From: Octopus bimaculoides | Taxonomy: Eukaryota | DNA: 64,000 nt | NCBI RefSeq assembly: GCF_001194135.2 | Contig: NC_068982.1 | Coordinates: forward strand, 27,651,640-27,715,639 | Direction: 5' to 3' | Part shown: positions 10,941 through 21,895 of the stretch, piece after piece | Position numbering within the stretch: the stretch's first letter is position 1 | Layout of the letters: every line of letters starts with the position of its first letter | Position numbers and translations under genes: made by a program | Notes under the pieces: generated by a model | What the model was told of the DNA's origin: nothing | Databases searched by the model: none | What the model saw: only the letters and a program-made list of their open reading frames with translations

Positions 10941-13900
10941 TCCTCATGTACACACTTTTGAATGAATGTATGTATTTGTAAATATGTATGTGTATATGTG
11001 CACACATACACACACACACAGGGCTTGTATATATCTGTTTTTGTTTGTGTGTGTGTAAGTATGTCTAATGACCAAACAATTTTATTTCAGGCCATTTACC
11101 TCAGAAACAGATGGACTACCGTAAGCGGTATCGCACCCTTGCCTCCACCTATGTCACATATAGTCCAGATGGGTCTGAGCTGTTGGTTAACCTTGGGGGC
11201 GAACAAATTTATTTGTTTGATGTAAATAAAAAAAGAAAACCACAAAAGTTTGACACGTCTTTGGTACTAGGTAATGCAAACGGCATAGTAAAAGGTAAGT
11301 TTCTTTTTTTTTTTTTCACATAGTTTTAACCTGTAACAAGTTCAATCTCTATCTATTTTTCATTAGCTACTCGTGTTGATTATTCCTAAAATTCATGTTT
11401 TTATCCTGATAAATGATTCTTAAATAATAATAAAGGAGTTACGACGCAAAAACGTATATATTTAAATGAACATATTTATCTTCTTCAATATATATTTCAG
11501 TATAAAGAATTCATTAAGAGACTTAATAAATCAAAATTTTTTTACACATCTTCAGGAAAAATAAATATTACACCAGAAAATTACATTCGGTTTAAAAATA
11601 CAAACCATTCATAAGATGTGTAAAGAAATTTTGATTTATTAAGTCTCTTAATGAATTCTTTATACTGAAATATATATTGAAGAAGATAAATGTGTTCATT
11701 TAAATATATATGTTTTTGCGTCGTAACTCCTTTATTATTATTAATATAACCAAAAGGATCGATTCTTGAAGAGTCTACATACCTTCACTGTCGTTTTTTT
11801 CTGCTATTTTGGTGATGATTTTTTGAGTTAGCTTACGAATTATTTTTGTTGGTAGTTAATTTATAATATATTGATATTGATTCTTAAATAGATATTTTGT
11901 ATTATATTTTCAAAGATTTTAAGCTTAAAACAAAACCCATTACCATCATCACCATTTTTTTAAATGCTGTTTTACCATTCCAGAACTACCTGGAAAGGTT
12001 TGTAGTTCAGGATCTTCCCTATAGTTCTCAATCTTCTGTAATCTTGTTTATGAGACTTGACGGTCTTAAATCTATCTCACCGCCTCCTTCCATATTTTCC
12101 TTAGTCTATGACCCTAATGGTTACTTTTTACCATCAACCCACAATGCTTTTTCCATTGACATGCATAAGCTGTTGTAATTGTCTATCCACACCATTAAAA
12201 CTGTTTTTTTGTGTTATTGTTACTCATTAGCATATACCTTCAGTGCTTAACCACTTTCTCAACTCACTTCAGCTCAAACCTTTGATGTAAATTAGTATTG
12301 TGCATTCAACACACTACAACCAGTTTATAGGCAATTGGTTGAGGTTTTAGAGCATAGGATAGATTGCCTTGCAGTCTTTTCTCTGGCTCTCTCTCTCTGC
12401 TCTGAGTTCAATTACTACCAAGTTGAACTTTGCACTTCATTCTTCCGGAAACAATAAAGTACCAGTCCTCTACTGGGATCTATTCTTCTGCTTCTGTCTC
12501 TCTTTTTCTTTCTGTTTGTCTGTCTCTTTAGATATAAAAATACCCATCATATGCCTTATGTCACAGCTTCATCAAGGATTGCGGGCCTAAAGACAAGGCA
12601 ATCAGCTCATATGTCTTCAGTCAGTGACCATCTCCTTTCTCTGCCTTCCATGTTTGTCTGCCATACAACATCACATTACTTACATGTACTTCATATGATC
12701 TGCTTTTGTGAAAGATTGAAACAGGTTCTTCTTGAGCAGTCTTTTTTTGTTGTTTTTCTTATTAACCAGTATTTAAAGTTTTTTTTTAGCCTTTTCTGTG
12801 TTTGTCTTTAGCCTTTTGACTCCAACACACTCATCCACATTTTGAACTTTTTTCTGGGTTCCTCAACGGATTCTACAATGAGGATCATGTCATAAATATC
12901 CCAAAGTTTCCAGCTCCTCTAAAGCTTGTTTTAAGTATATTTAATTCCTACATATTCTTTTACTCTTTTACTTGTTTCAGCTTGAGAGCTGTAGCCATAC
13001 TGAGGCACCACCATTGGTGCTGTTACATCTTCATTTCCTCTTTTAATTGTTGGCATTTGGTGAATGAGGGAGTTTGATGTTGCTGCCCTCATCTGTGTTT
13101 CCTGCCATGAAGTTGGTTCATCTAGGACTCTTGCCAGTAAGAGATCCACTTCTGGTTTGAAGAGCTATGGGCCCTTGAATCCTAAACTATTGCAGTATTT
13201 GGTCCTTTGATAGCAAGTGCGATATCTTTAGCACTATATACTGATACCCTGTTTTGATGTTAGTATAAATTTTATTGCCAAAGTTGGGACAATCTTAAAT
13301 GAAACTGCAATACATAATTTCAGAATCTTGAAATAGTATTCCACTGTTTCTAAAATGTAGATTCCTGGATGGTTATTAAGGTGTTGTTGTTTAAGTGTTT
13401 TGCAGGTCTTTATATGATACAGACTAACAGTTTCGATTAACAGTCTTTTTGTTATACTTGCTTTTCATCTTCATTGTTTTCAATTCCAACAGAAGCAACT
13501 CTATCAACTAATGGCTTCAGTGTACCACATCGAGCAGGTACGAATGGAGTTACAACACCAATGGTGCCAAAATCTAGTAGATCAACATCTCCTTCTTCCT
13601 CAACAACTTCATTACAAGCAGAAGATGATCCTGAAAAGTTTAAATGTAGGATTGGGAAAAGGTAGATGTGATGTATTCTCCTTCTGTTCTTTTCGTTTCT
13701 TTTTCCATTCCATAAAATGTGTTGAAATATAGATATATTGTATATGAGTGTACACACATGTGCACACACACACAGGTAGACAGACAGACATAAATATAAA
13801 TACATAGACAACAAACTCATGCAAGTGTATAAACATACATATGTGCTTTCATATACTTACACACACACACACACATACACACACACACACATATACAAGA

Positions 13901-16900
13901 TGGTAAGTGGTGACATGGAGGAAGAAGGAAAAGATAAAGAGGTAGAAGGAGAAGTGGAACTTTATCCTACTCATTAACGACATGGGTTGCAGCATTACAT
14001 ATATGATATAAATGTTTATACACATATACACAATGAATTTCTATTAGTTTCTGCCAACCAGATCAATTGACAAGGCTTTGTTAGGCTTGGGATTACAGAG
14101 GTTATAAACATACAAACAAGAAAAATGTTTATTTTATTATGCTTGTCAAATTATCACCTTTCTGACTACTGTTACATACGTTTTTCTTTTGTTTAATCTG
14201 AAATCAACAGTACTTTCCCTTTTATAGGTATAAACGAGATACCAAACGTTTGTCACCTCCAGTGGAAGCTCTTAAAAAGAAAGCCAACAATTATTTTGAA
14301 AAAGACCAATGTAGGAAAGCCATTATTTTATATAACCAAGCGATTTCAATGATGCCTCATGCTTCAGTTCTCTATGGCAACAGAGCAGCAGCATATATGA
14401 AGCGAAAATGGTAAATTCTCTTTATGCATACGCTTTGTTTTTGAGGTTGCATGTACAGGACAAAAATATTCTAGTTCATGTCTACCAAATTTTTCTTGAA
14501 TTAAAAAGTGGATAAGTATTAAACCAATGTTACTTGCACCATTCTAAATGAAGTACAAATAAGATTAGAGTACCAGTCTAAGAGGGTAGGATGGCAGAAT
14601 CATTGTTGTTGGTCAGTATGCCTTGCAATATTTGTTCCAGCTCTTTTGCATTCCAAGCTCAAATTCTGTTGTAGCCTACTTATATGATAAATTTAATCTA
14701 TTGATGGTTTAACACCCACCACCTCACCTTTAGATGCTTTTTATAGAGAAGTCCATTCTATTGCAAGCAATTGGGCCAGGCCTCCAGTTAAAAATACCTC
14801 CCTCCCTCTCACGAGTCTTAGAGGCCCTGAAATGGGCAATAGGCATTGTGTTCCATCTTGAATAAGTGATAAAAAAAAAAATGGAATATTGATGAAATTT
14901 GTGATGAAATCTTCAGTTTTGGGATATTTAGAAAGAAGGCTACAATAATATGAATTATACATAGTTATCAAAAATACACTGAATTCACACTTTGTTTTGT
15001 TCTTCATTTTTATGTCTGCTTTTTTAATGCTAGCATGGGTTAAGTGAGTTGGATGCCCTTCCTGTTGCTAAGCTTTACCTACTTGTCAAATAAAGGATCT
15101 TAGACAATTTGTTCACAGGGCAAATGACAACAGCATCACTTGTAGTTCAGTTATTTTCAGAGAAGCATAAATATAAACAAACAAACACACACAAAACAGC
15201 TTTCTTTCAGTTCCCTTTTTCCAAACCCACTCGTACCCACTTGGTCTGTTGCCAGTACCGCCTGACTGGCCTTCGTAGGATTTTCGAGCGAGATCGTTGC
15301 CAGTACCCTGGACTGGCTCTTGTGCAGGTGGCACATAAAATACACCATTTTGAGTGTGACTGTTGCCAGTACCACCTGACTGGCCTTCGTAGGATTTTCG
15401 AGCGAGATCGTTGCCAGTGCCCTGGACTGGCTCTTGTGCGGGTGGCACATAAAATACACCATTTTGAGCATGGCCGTTGCCAGTACCATTTGACTGGCCT
15501 TCGTGCGGGTGACACGTAAAAGCACCCACTACACTCTCTGAGTGGTTGGCGTTAGGAAGGGCATCCAGCTGTAGAAACTCTGCCAAATCAGATTGGAGCC
15601 TGGTGTTGCCATCCAGTTTCACCAGTCCTCAGTCAAATCGTGTAACCCATGCTAGCATGGAAAGCGGATGTTAAACGATGATGATGATGATAATTTAATG
15701 ATTCAACAATAGAAACCAATAGAATAAGTACCAGATTTAAAAAGAAAATAAGTACTGAGGTTGATTTGTTTAACTAAACTTTCCGAGGCAGTCCAATGAA
15801 CGAAACAAGTAAGAGATAAATATGCTATTGCTTTCTTTTTTTTTTTTTTATCTTCGTTTATTAGTTTTAATTTTGATTATGTGTTGATCTCTTCATTAGG
15901 GACGGAGATTTGTATGCTGCTTTACGGGACTGTCATAGCGCTCTCCAGTTGGATCTCAATTATTTGAAAGCTCATTTCCGTCTGGCTCGCTGCCTCTATG
16001 AATTGTCATGGCCCCAAGAAGCTCATGACTGCTTACAGCAGTTCAAGTCCAAATTTCCAGACTATGCCAGAAACAGTGCCTGTGAGACTCTTGACAGAGA
16101 CATCAAAGCTGCAATGTTTTCAAAAACTGATCATGGTACGAGTTTTACCTTCTTTTCTAAAAGTCTGTGATTCATTGATTTAGTTATGTCATCATATCAT
16201 TTGATTGTAAAATGTGTGTGTGTGTGTGTGTACTCTGGCTACCAGAGTCTTCTGATAAGGATAACGTTATTTTACATCACAGATCTCTCCAAAGTCATGT
16301 TAATCCATAACCCTTTCAGTATTATTGAGCTTTTGTATAATAATAACAATGAAATTATTGTATACAGTGCTCAGGTGCACTACAACTTGTCAAAAGTGCA
16401 TATAAAGCATACGCAGTAATGTACAAATGTCTGGAAAGTGAACAGTGTAATATACAGTAATAATATACAGTAATCCCTTGCCATATTGCAGTTCACCTAT
16501 CACAGTTTATTATTTAAGCTTACATCGATTCCTCTGAGGTGTTGTTTTGCATTTATAATAAAATAAATATATACATATTATAAAAATAGTAAAAAAATAT
16601 ACAGTACATTACTGTTTCTACTTCGCAGATTTTCACCTATTGTGGGACAGTTTTGGAATGTAACACTCATGATAGTCAAGGGATTATTGTACATGGTTTT
16701 GGCTCCAGTGGTTATTTAGCTAAATCAGCTGTAAAATAAGACTTGATTACATCATTCATATATTTGTATATGCGGCTTCCCATGAAAATACACTCCTTGT
16801 GCCTGCTTTTGTTTATCTGACTTTTTTTATTTATATACACACCTGACAAAAGATTGTTCTTATTAATTTATTAATTAATCATCCTGGTAATTACTCTTGA

Positions 16901-19289
16901 TTTGTTAAATCTCAGTTATTACATCTGATCAACTTTTTTTTAAATCAGTTGTATTTAAAGCTGTCTTATGGTCTCCATTCATGTAATTTATCTTTTCTAG
17001 ATGAAGCCGAGTCAGGGAAGAGTGAAAGTGAACTATCCTCTCGCAAAAAGGCTATGGCAATATCTGAACAGGAGAAAATATGGCGAAGAGATGCTTATGA
17101 TTATGAGATGAGGTTCTGTGGACACTGTAATACAACCACTGATATTAAAGAAGCTAATTTTTTCGGAAGGTAAGTTGTATTAAATCTTACAAATGGGCAT
17201 AGAGTATTGTCTGTAGCTTTTGCAGACCTTCCTAGTGGAGGTTGCAGAAAAGCCAAAAATTGTTATTGTTGTAGTAGTTTACCTTTCAGGAGAGAATTTC
17301 TTAATTCTATTCACTCTGTGTGTGCATATATGTGTGTGATTTCAAAAGCCATTCACTGATACTCCAATCTTCTCCCTACAGGTGTGCTGTCTCTTATATT
17401 CTGCTTTTCTACCACTACAGTAATGGTCTTTGCCACCTCTACTCAGGCATTCCTGTCCTTGCCTCTCTTCACCTCATTGCCTTGCTGATTCCGCCCCCAC
17501 CTCCAAGTCCTGCACTAATCACTATGTCCAGTTCGTCCTAACCAGAACATCAGCCCCCTTGAATTCCTTCCTTACTCATGTCTTCCTCACAGGTGTTGTA
17601 TTTCAGAGGTTCAAGAATACTGACATCAATCTTACAGGTCTAGGGAGGCTTGTGAAGGCCATGAGCATTGCCCCTTCCTCCAGACCCAGAAAGTATAAAA
17701 GAAATTCAAATAGTTACATATATCAAGGTTTTAATCTGCCACTCATAAGAAATTCTCTATTCTTCATATAACAGTAGTTTAACATATTTTTGGAGCAATA
17801 ATGTTAATAATATCTCTCTAGATCTTTAGTTTGCTTACAAATTCCCACACAAATTATCTTACTCTGAATAAAACTTTTCTTGGAAGTACTGTGATAACCC
17901 CCAAATTTCCAAACTTTTTAATTTTAAATTGTCTTTTAATGCAGTGAAGTCTGTTCTTTATACTTTCTGGGTCTGGAGGAAGGGGCAATGCTCATGGCCT
18001 CCACAAGCCTCCCTAGACCTGTGACACTGATGTCAGTATTCTTGAACCTCTGAAACCTGTGAGGAAGACATGAGCAAGGATAATAAATTTAATGACTGTA
18101 TTTATCTTTGTGGGTAGATTTGGTAGACAAAGACCAAAAGGAGCTCACTCTGTGTGTGTGTGCCCTTGTCTAGATACTAGATGATGGTTGGAAATGAACA
18201 TCATCATAAAAGTGAGGTTCTATAAAAAAAAAAAAAACGTGTAGCTATGGAAAGATATTACCATGCTTGGAAACAAGTGAGTGTTGGCAACAGGAAGGTC
18301 ATCCATCTGTAGAAAATCTGCCTCAACACATTACGTTTGATTCATGCAAGCATAGGAAAGTGGACATTAAATTATGACGATGATGATATTCAATATCAAC
18401 TGTGGCAGTGTTGATATTGAATTATAGCAATTATTCATATTTGTATATTATCACATGTTTATGTATTCTCACTGTTCTGGTGATTTCTTTGGTATTAGAA
18501 CTGAAAACAATTAATTTTCTTTTCCAGTAATGGTCAATACATTGTTGCTGGATCCGACGATGGTTCATTTTTTATTTGGGAGAAAAGTACAACCAACATC
18601 GTACGGGTGCTACATGGAGATGAGTCAATTGTTAACTGTTTACAGCCACACCCTACTTACTGCCTTTTGGCCACCAGTGGTATAGACCCTGTGGTACGTC
18701 TCTGGAGTCCAAGAGCTGAGGTAAGTAACACTCTTTATCATCAAAAATTAGCTATTATAACTGTGTGCGGACAGGATACTGAGTGCACTTTTGCCAAAGG
18801 ACAAGAAGCTGAACAGACATAAAGACACAATGCCAAACAGACATGAATGGACAAAATAATAAAAAAATTAAAATATTCCTACCTATATAGTTTACTGACC
18901 ATTTTAGTCTGTCAAATGGTCATATTATGGGAATAAAATGATTATCATATATTTTAATTTTCATATGTCTTTTCAGCATCTTATCTGTTCAGCATCTTGT
19001 CCGTTTGGTATCACATCCATGTAGCGTTATAACTTATCCTCGCTTAAGATGAAAAGAACGAAATTTATTTGTTGGTTTTAGTCATTGGACTGTGACTGTG
19101 ATGGGGCATCATCATGGCTGTAATCCATTAAACCTATAAAATTCTACTTTAAATTGATCATACTGGCCTCAGTGCTTATTTAAGTGTGGTACTTAATTTC
19201 ACTGAATATTTTATTAAGTAGCTAAGTTACTTTTTTGATAATAGCACAGGTTTTCAACTGGTGGTATTATGTCAGACACATAAACAAAT

Positions 19290-19324
<35 letters not shown>

Positions 19325-21429
19325 TTTCTTTTGTAGAAAGAACCATAAGAGCTAAGAGACAAGTTGGGAAAGACTTGAGCAAATGTGGGTAGCAGAGAAA
19401 ATATGAACTGGCTAGAAAAGAAGTTAGATGTAATGTATATTTACCAGGGAGAGATGCAGAAAGAAAGCAGTTTGCTAATGTTCTATGATGTGAGGATCAG
19501 AGGCATAAGTGTTTTGGATTGCTAGGTAGTGTATTAGAGAGAATCAAGGTGTAGTTGGAAAGATGTTTGTATAGAATGATGACACACGTCTCTTATTTAT
19601 TTCTTTATTGCCCTCAGAGGGCTAAACAGAGAGGAGACAAACAAGGACAGACAAAGGGATTAAGTCGATTACACCAACCCCAGTGTGTAATTGGTCGACC
19701 CCAAAAGGATGAAAGGAAAAGTCGACCTCGGCAGAATTTGAACTCAGAACGTAATGGCAGACAAAATACTGCTAAGCATTTCACCCGGCATGCTAACGAT
19801 TCTGCCAGCTAGCCGCCTTCACGCACATCTTTTATTGACACTGAAAAGAAATGACTTAGTTCTTGTAGAAAAATCTGTAGATTTGTATAAGAAATTTGAG
19901 ACATGAGAGCAAAGTATGGAATTGAAAGACTTTAAAGTAAACTTAGGAAAGACAAAAATGTTTGTAAATGGAAACAAAAAAAGCCAGAACTCTGCTACCG
20001 TCAAGGAAATATTTGTGCTTAGTGTGCAGAAAAGATTTAGTAGGAATTCTGTACAGTGTACTCAATGTAAAGAATGTTTGCACAAGAAGTGTAGTAGAAA
20101 TATAGGCGAATGAATGGAGAACTTTGTATGCAGCAGATACACTGGGGAAATAAGCATGTTAAGTATGCAAATGCCCAGATCTCTTTGAAGTAGTTAAAAA
20201 TTTCTGTTACCTAGGTGATTTAATTTGTAGGAGAGTTGAGCGTTTCAAAAGTACAGTAGCCAGAAAAAAAACAGGCTGGAAAACATTCAGGGAACTATTA
20301 GCTCTGCTGTTTACAGAGGGTTTCTAAAGACAGATTGTATGTTGCTTGGGTATGAAGTTTGATGTTGCATAAGAGTAGACATGGGTCCTGAATGCAGAGG
20401 ATTTCCAAAGACGAGAAAAATAAAGTGAGCTTGTTCTGTTGGATGTGTAATGTTAGTGTGCATAAATGATGGAGTACAACTGAGCTGAGAGAAAAACTGA
20501 AAAAAAAAGAGGAGTTGCATTTTCCCTAGCTCTATACATTCTGAGCTCAAATCCTACAAAGATTGACTTTACCTTTCATCCTTTCAGGGTCAAGAAATAA
20601 GTACTAGTTGAGCACTGAGGTCAATGCAACTGACTTACCTCTTCCCCTAAAATTACTGGCCTTATACTTGGTGATATTGATAGAGTGCAATTGCATACTG
20701 CCCAAGAATCTGTTTTTAAAACATCAAAATTTGAAGAGATTTATTATGGTTCAACTGAAAAAAAATGTACATAGAATTAAATTTTTTTTCTTATTCTTCC
20801 AATTTAGAAGAGATTCTTAAGATATTCACTCAGGCATGTAAATATTTTACTGGAAGGCAAGTACGGGTTTGACTATGTAGTAAATATGTTTGCAACTGCA
20901 TGGTTTTGATTCAATCACACTTTGTGGTACCTTGGGCAAGTGTTCTTTACCATAGCTTTGGACCATCGCCTTGTGAGTAAATTTGGTAGTTGGAAACTGT
21001 GTCTGTGTGGATATTTTCATTGTTCTACGCTGAGCTATGGTTGGTAATGTTTTTTGACATTTCCACCCACAAATTGTCGATAATAAATATTTGCCTTTAT
21101 TTATTAAGGCAAATAAATATTGCCTTAATTTGGCTCATGCTAGCATAAATAATAAATACTTCAATAATGTTTCTAATATTTGGAGAGGTAGTTAATTTTT
21201 CTCCTTTTCACCTTTCCAGGATGGGACAAAGAATGAGCGAGAAATTGATAACTCAGATGATGCAGCATTAGCCAACCAAAGAAGAATGAATGCAGACCCA
21301 CTGGAAGTGATGCTGATGAATATGGGATACCGGATCACTGGAGTATTAGATATGGATGATGAAGATCAGGAGAGTGGACCGTCTACAGATAGCCGAAGTG
21401 AGCAACATTTGCAATGTCGGCCTAGTTAG
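1609..21429 (+). CDS. WDTC1: WD and tetratricopeptide repeats protein 1 (DCAF-type WD40+TPR); 3' portion, 5' exons lie upstream of the window
   Basis: Exons 1609-1833, (3120-3208 or 3242-3330), 11091-11294, 13493-13661, 14228-14410, 15900-16135, 17001-17169, 18528-18720, 21220-21429 join in frame with GT-AG ends. Hallmarks: AVGANDPYVRVYDRR, GHCNTTTDIKEANFFG, SGIDPVVRLWSP, ANQRRMNADPLEVML...QCRPS*. Confidence 0.95.
3120..3208 (+). CDS. WDTC1: WDTC1 alternative exon A (LQWDSPVTPPSLREEDYNLHSGCVQYFVAG)
   Basis: ag at 3118-3119, gtataa at 3209; 89 nt, phase 2-1; joins in frame to GHL at 11091. Confidence 0.88.
3242..3330 (+). CDS. WDTC1: WDTC1 alternative exon B (SFEDTLSLMRSAYSAEFPMPQGCVKFYIAG)
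   Basis: ttcttctag acceptor ending 3241, gtaata at 3331; 89 nt, phase 2-1, open frame; C-terminus homologous to exon A. Confidence 0.8.
4746..4960 (+). mobile_element. tRNA-derived SINE whose ATT/ATC tail is the hAT target site
   Basis: gagctggcagaa head, gcctttcatcctttc core and tail shared with many copies in the window. Confidence 0.8.
4961..8686 (-). mobile_element. Full-length decayed hAT DNA transposon in a WDTC1 intron
   Basis: 8-bp TSD ATTATCAT (4953-4960, 8687-8694); imperfect TIR CAGTGGTGTGCA vs CAATGGTAGGCA (9/12); subterminal TTAGCTTCGC(T/A)AA repeats. Confidence 0.92.
5387..8477 (-). pseudogene. hAT transposase pseudogene in two exons (8477-7902 and 6872-5387)
   Basis: BED finger (CFQC...HVKRKH), TTVDCW..RSYLGMTAYW, RMDYGKNFV, CTAH, KWSSTY and the dimerisation motif PSSAAVERLFS; several frameshifts and stops. 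Confidence 0.9.
8864..9232 (+). mobile_element. Non-autonomous Helentron-associated (HINE/DINE-1-like) element
   Basis: 5' TTATTACCTCTGCC..GGTGGAGG hairpin, (GTTT)n tract, 3' CCTTGGCGGAGG subterminal repeat and GCGCTC-TCT-GAGTGC hairpin. Confidence 0.65.
9255..10175 (+). mobile_element. Head-to-tail chain of about 4 tRNA-derived SINEs
   Basis: Repeated ctggcagaat..gagttcaaat (B-box-like)..gcctttcatc..gtaccag units separated by (ATT)n; boundaries approximate. Confidence 0.8.
10205..10345 (-). mobile_element. SINE 3' fragment
   Basis: Reverse complement of the SINE core and tail (aaaggatgaaaggcaaagttga). Confidence 0.65.
10741..11060. repeat. (TG)n/(TA)n/(CA)n microsatellites around a 10-N gap, plus an RTE-tail repeat fragment
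   Basis: Direct reading. Confidence 0.85.
11091..11294 (+). CDS. WDTC1: WDTC1 exon (GHLPQKQMDY...TYSPDGSELLVNLGGEQIYLFDV)
   Basis: tttcag acceptor, gtaagt donor at 11295; phase 1-1. Confidence 0.93.
11423..11742. repeat. Inverted repeat with 130-bp arms and 60-nt loop (Penelope-like foldback)
   Basis: 11423-11552 is the reverse complement of 11613-11742 with 3 substitutions. Confidence 0.95.
11474..11566 (-). ncRNA. Type I hammerhead ribozyme motif (minimal, palindromic helix III)
   Basis: ATTTATTTTTC-CTGAAGA-T-stem II-GAAA-TATATA-TT-GAAGAAGATAAAT; helices I and II pair by eye. Confidence 0.6.
13493..13661 (+). CDS. WDTC1: WDTC1 Ser/Thr-rich linker exon
   Basis: ccaacag acceptor; open frame EATLSTNGF...CRIGKR; only phase-compatible donor is the weak gtagat at 13662. 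Confidence 0.7.
14228..14410 (+). CDS. WDTC1: WDTC1 TPR exon (LKKKANNYFEK...LYGNRAAAYMKRKW)
   Basis: tttatag acceptor, gtaaat donor; TPR consensus; absent from ORF track. Confidence 0.92.
15240..15692 (+). mobile_element. Non-autonomous retroelement with RTE-like 3' end and internal 114-bp tandem duplication
   Basis: gttggcgttaggaagggcatccagc...gttaaacgatgatgat tail; duplicated unit starts at 15249 and 15363. Confidence 0.75.
15900..16135 (+). CDS. WDTC1: WDTC1 TPR exon (DGDLYAALRDC...KAHFRLARCL)
   Basis: cattag acceptor, gtacga donor; ORF 15910..16170. Confidence 0.93.
16468..16689. mobile_element. Tc1/pogo-type MITE
   Basis: TIR CAGTAATCCCTTG vs CAATAATCCCTTG (12/13), TA on both flanks. 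Confidence 0.75.
17001..17169 (+). CDS. WDTC1: WDTC1 exon (...RFCGHCNTTTDIKEANFFG)
   Basis: ttttctag acceptor, gtaagt donor; ORF 16949..17173. Confidence 0.93.
17575..18074. repeat. Inverted repeat with about 125-bp arms and 250-nt spacer
   Basis: 17575-17703 vs reverse complement of 17954-18074: a 7-nt and a 1-nt indel plus 4 substitutions. Confidence 0.92.
18528..18720 (+). CDS. WDTC1: WDTC1 WD40 exon (GQYIVAGSDDGSFFIW...VRLWSP)
   Basis: tttccag acceptor, gtaagt donor. Confidence 0.94.
19605..19819 (-). mobile_element. tRNA-derived SINE
   Basis: Reverse complement of the copy at 47995-48210. Confidence 0.85.
19840..20530 (+). mobile_element. RTE-clade LINE remnant (RT C-terminus with Cys-rich insert)
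   Basis: FKVNLGKTK, NSVQCTQCKECLHKKCS and LEVVKNFCYLGD-like segment; frameshifted. Confidence 0.7.
20865..21005 (+). mobile_element. Second SINE type (CORE-like), degraded
   Basis: gtaccttgggcaagtgt...gccttgtgagtaaatttggtag, shared with 31672-32040 and 46105-46270. Confidence 0.6.
21220..21429 (+). CDS. WDTC1: WDTC1 last coding exon
   Basis: cctttccag acceptor; ANQRRMNADPLEVMLMNMGY...QCRPS, TAG at 21427-21429. Confidence 0.93.
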   Translation, partial: DGTKNEREIDNSDDAALANQRRMNADPLEVMLMNMGYRITGVLDMDDEDQESGPSTDSRSEQHLQCRPS

Positions 21430-21895
21430 GTTATATTGGACTTATGGATTAGTTTTAATTGAAAGCAGTTATGCTTTCATTCACATGGCCAACTTAACTT
21501 TTTGCAATGAAAACACAAACAGTTATTAAAATGGTTGTAAAGGAGATATAGCAGAGTTTTTCCCCTTGTTCATCCTAATGGGTTTTTTTTTAACCAACCA
21601 ATGCCATTCCCTTTTTTTATTTTATTTTTTTTTATTTTACTGATGTTTTCTTTACCTTAAACCTACATTACTTTGTGTGTGATTTCTTTTTCGTTATTTT
21701 TTCTGATTTCACATAAAATTAATTTCCTTTGCATTTAATTTTATTTATTTTTTTCACCTGTTATTGTCAACATCACACTTATTTTTTTTATACTTTATTT
21801 TATTTTTTTAAAAATTAGTTTATGATCGTTTTGCACATGTTTACCACCTGGAATCAACGTGCATTTAGCATATAACAGGTGTTTTAACTTAGGTG

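Noticed and set aside
10741-11225. ORFs rich in YI/HT/CV repeats (also 13452-14031 and 54362-54693)
   Set aside because: Translations of (TA)n/(TG)n/(CA)n microsatellites, some crossing N gaps.
14211-14227. Alternative acceptor caacag at 14210
   Set aside because: It would need a phase-0 donor that I could not find in the upstream exon.
15249-15480. Repeat-spacer-like periodicity (also 46820-47090) as a possible CRISPR array
   Set aside because: Whole units repeat with no unique spacers; eukaryotic context and no cas genes.
15113-15622. 169-aa ORF with a 38-aa repeat, similar to ORFs at 35995, 37137 and 42938
   Set aside because: Lies within a dispersed retroelement, and the repeat reflects a 114-bp DNA duplication; not a gene family.
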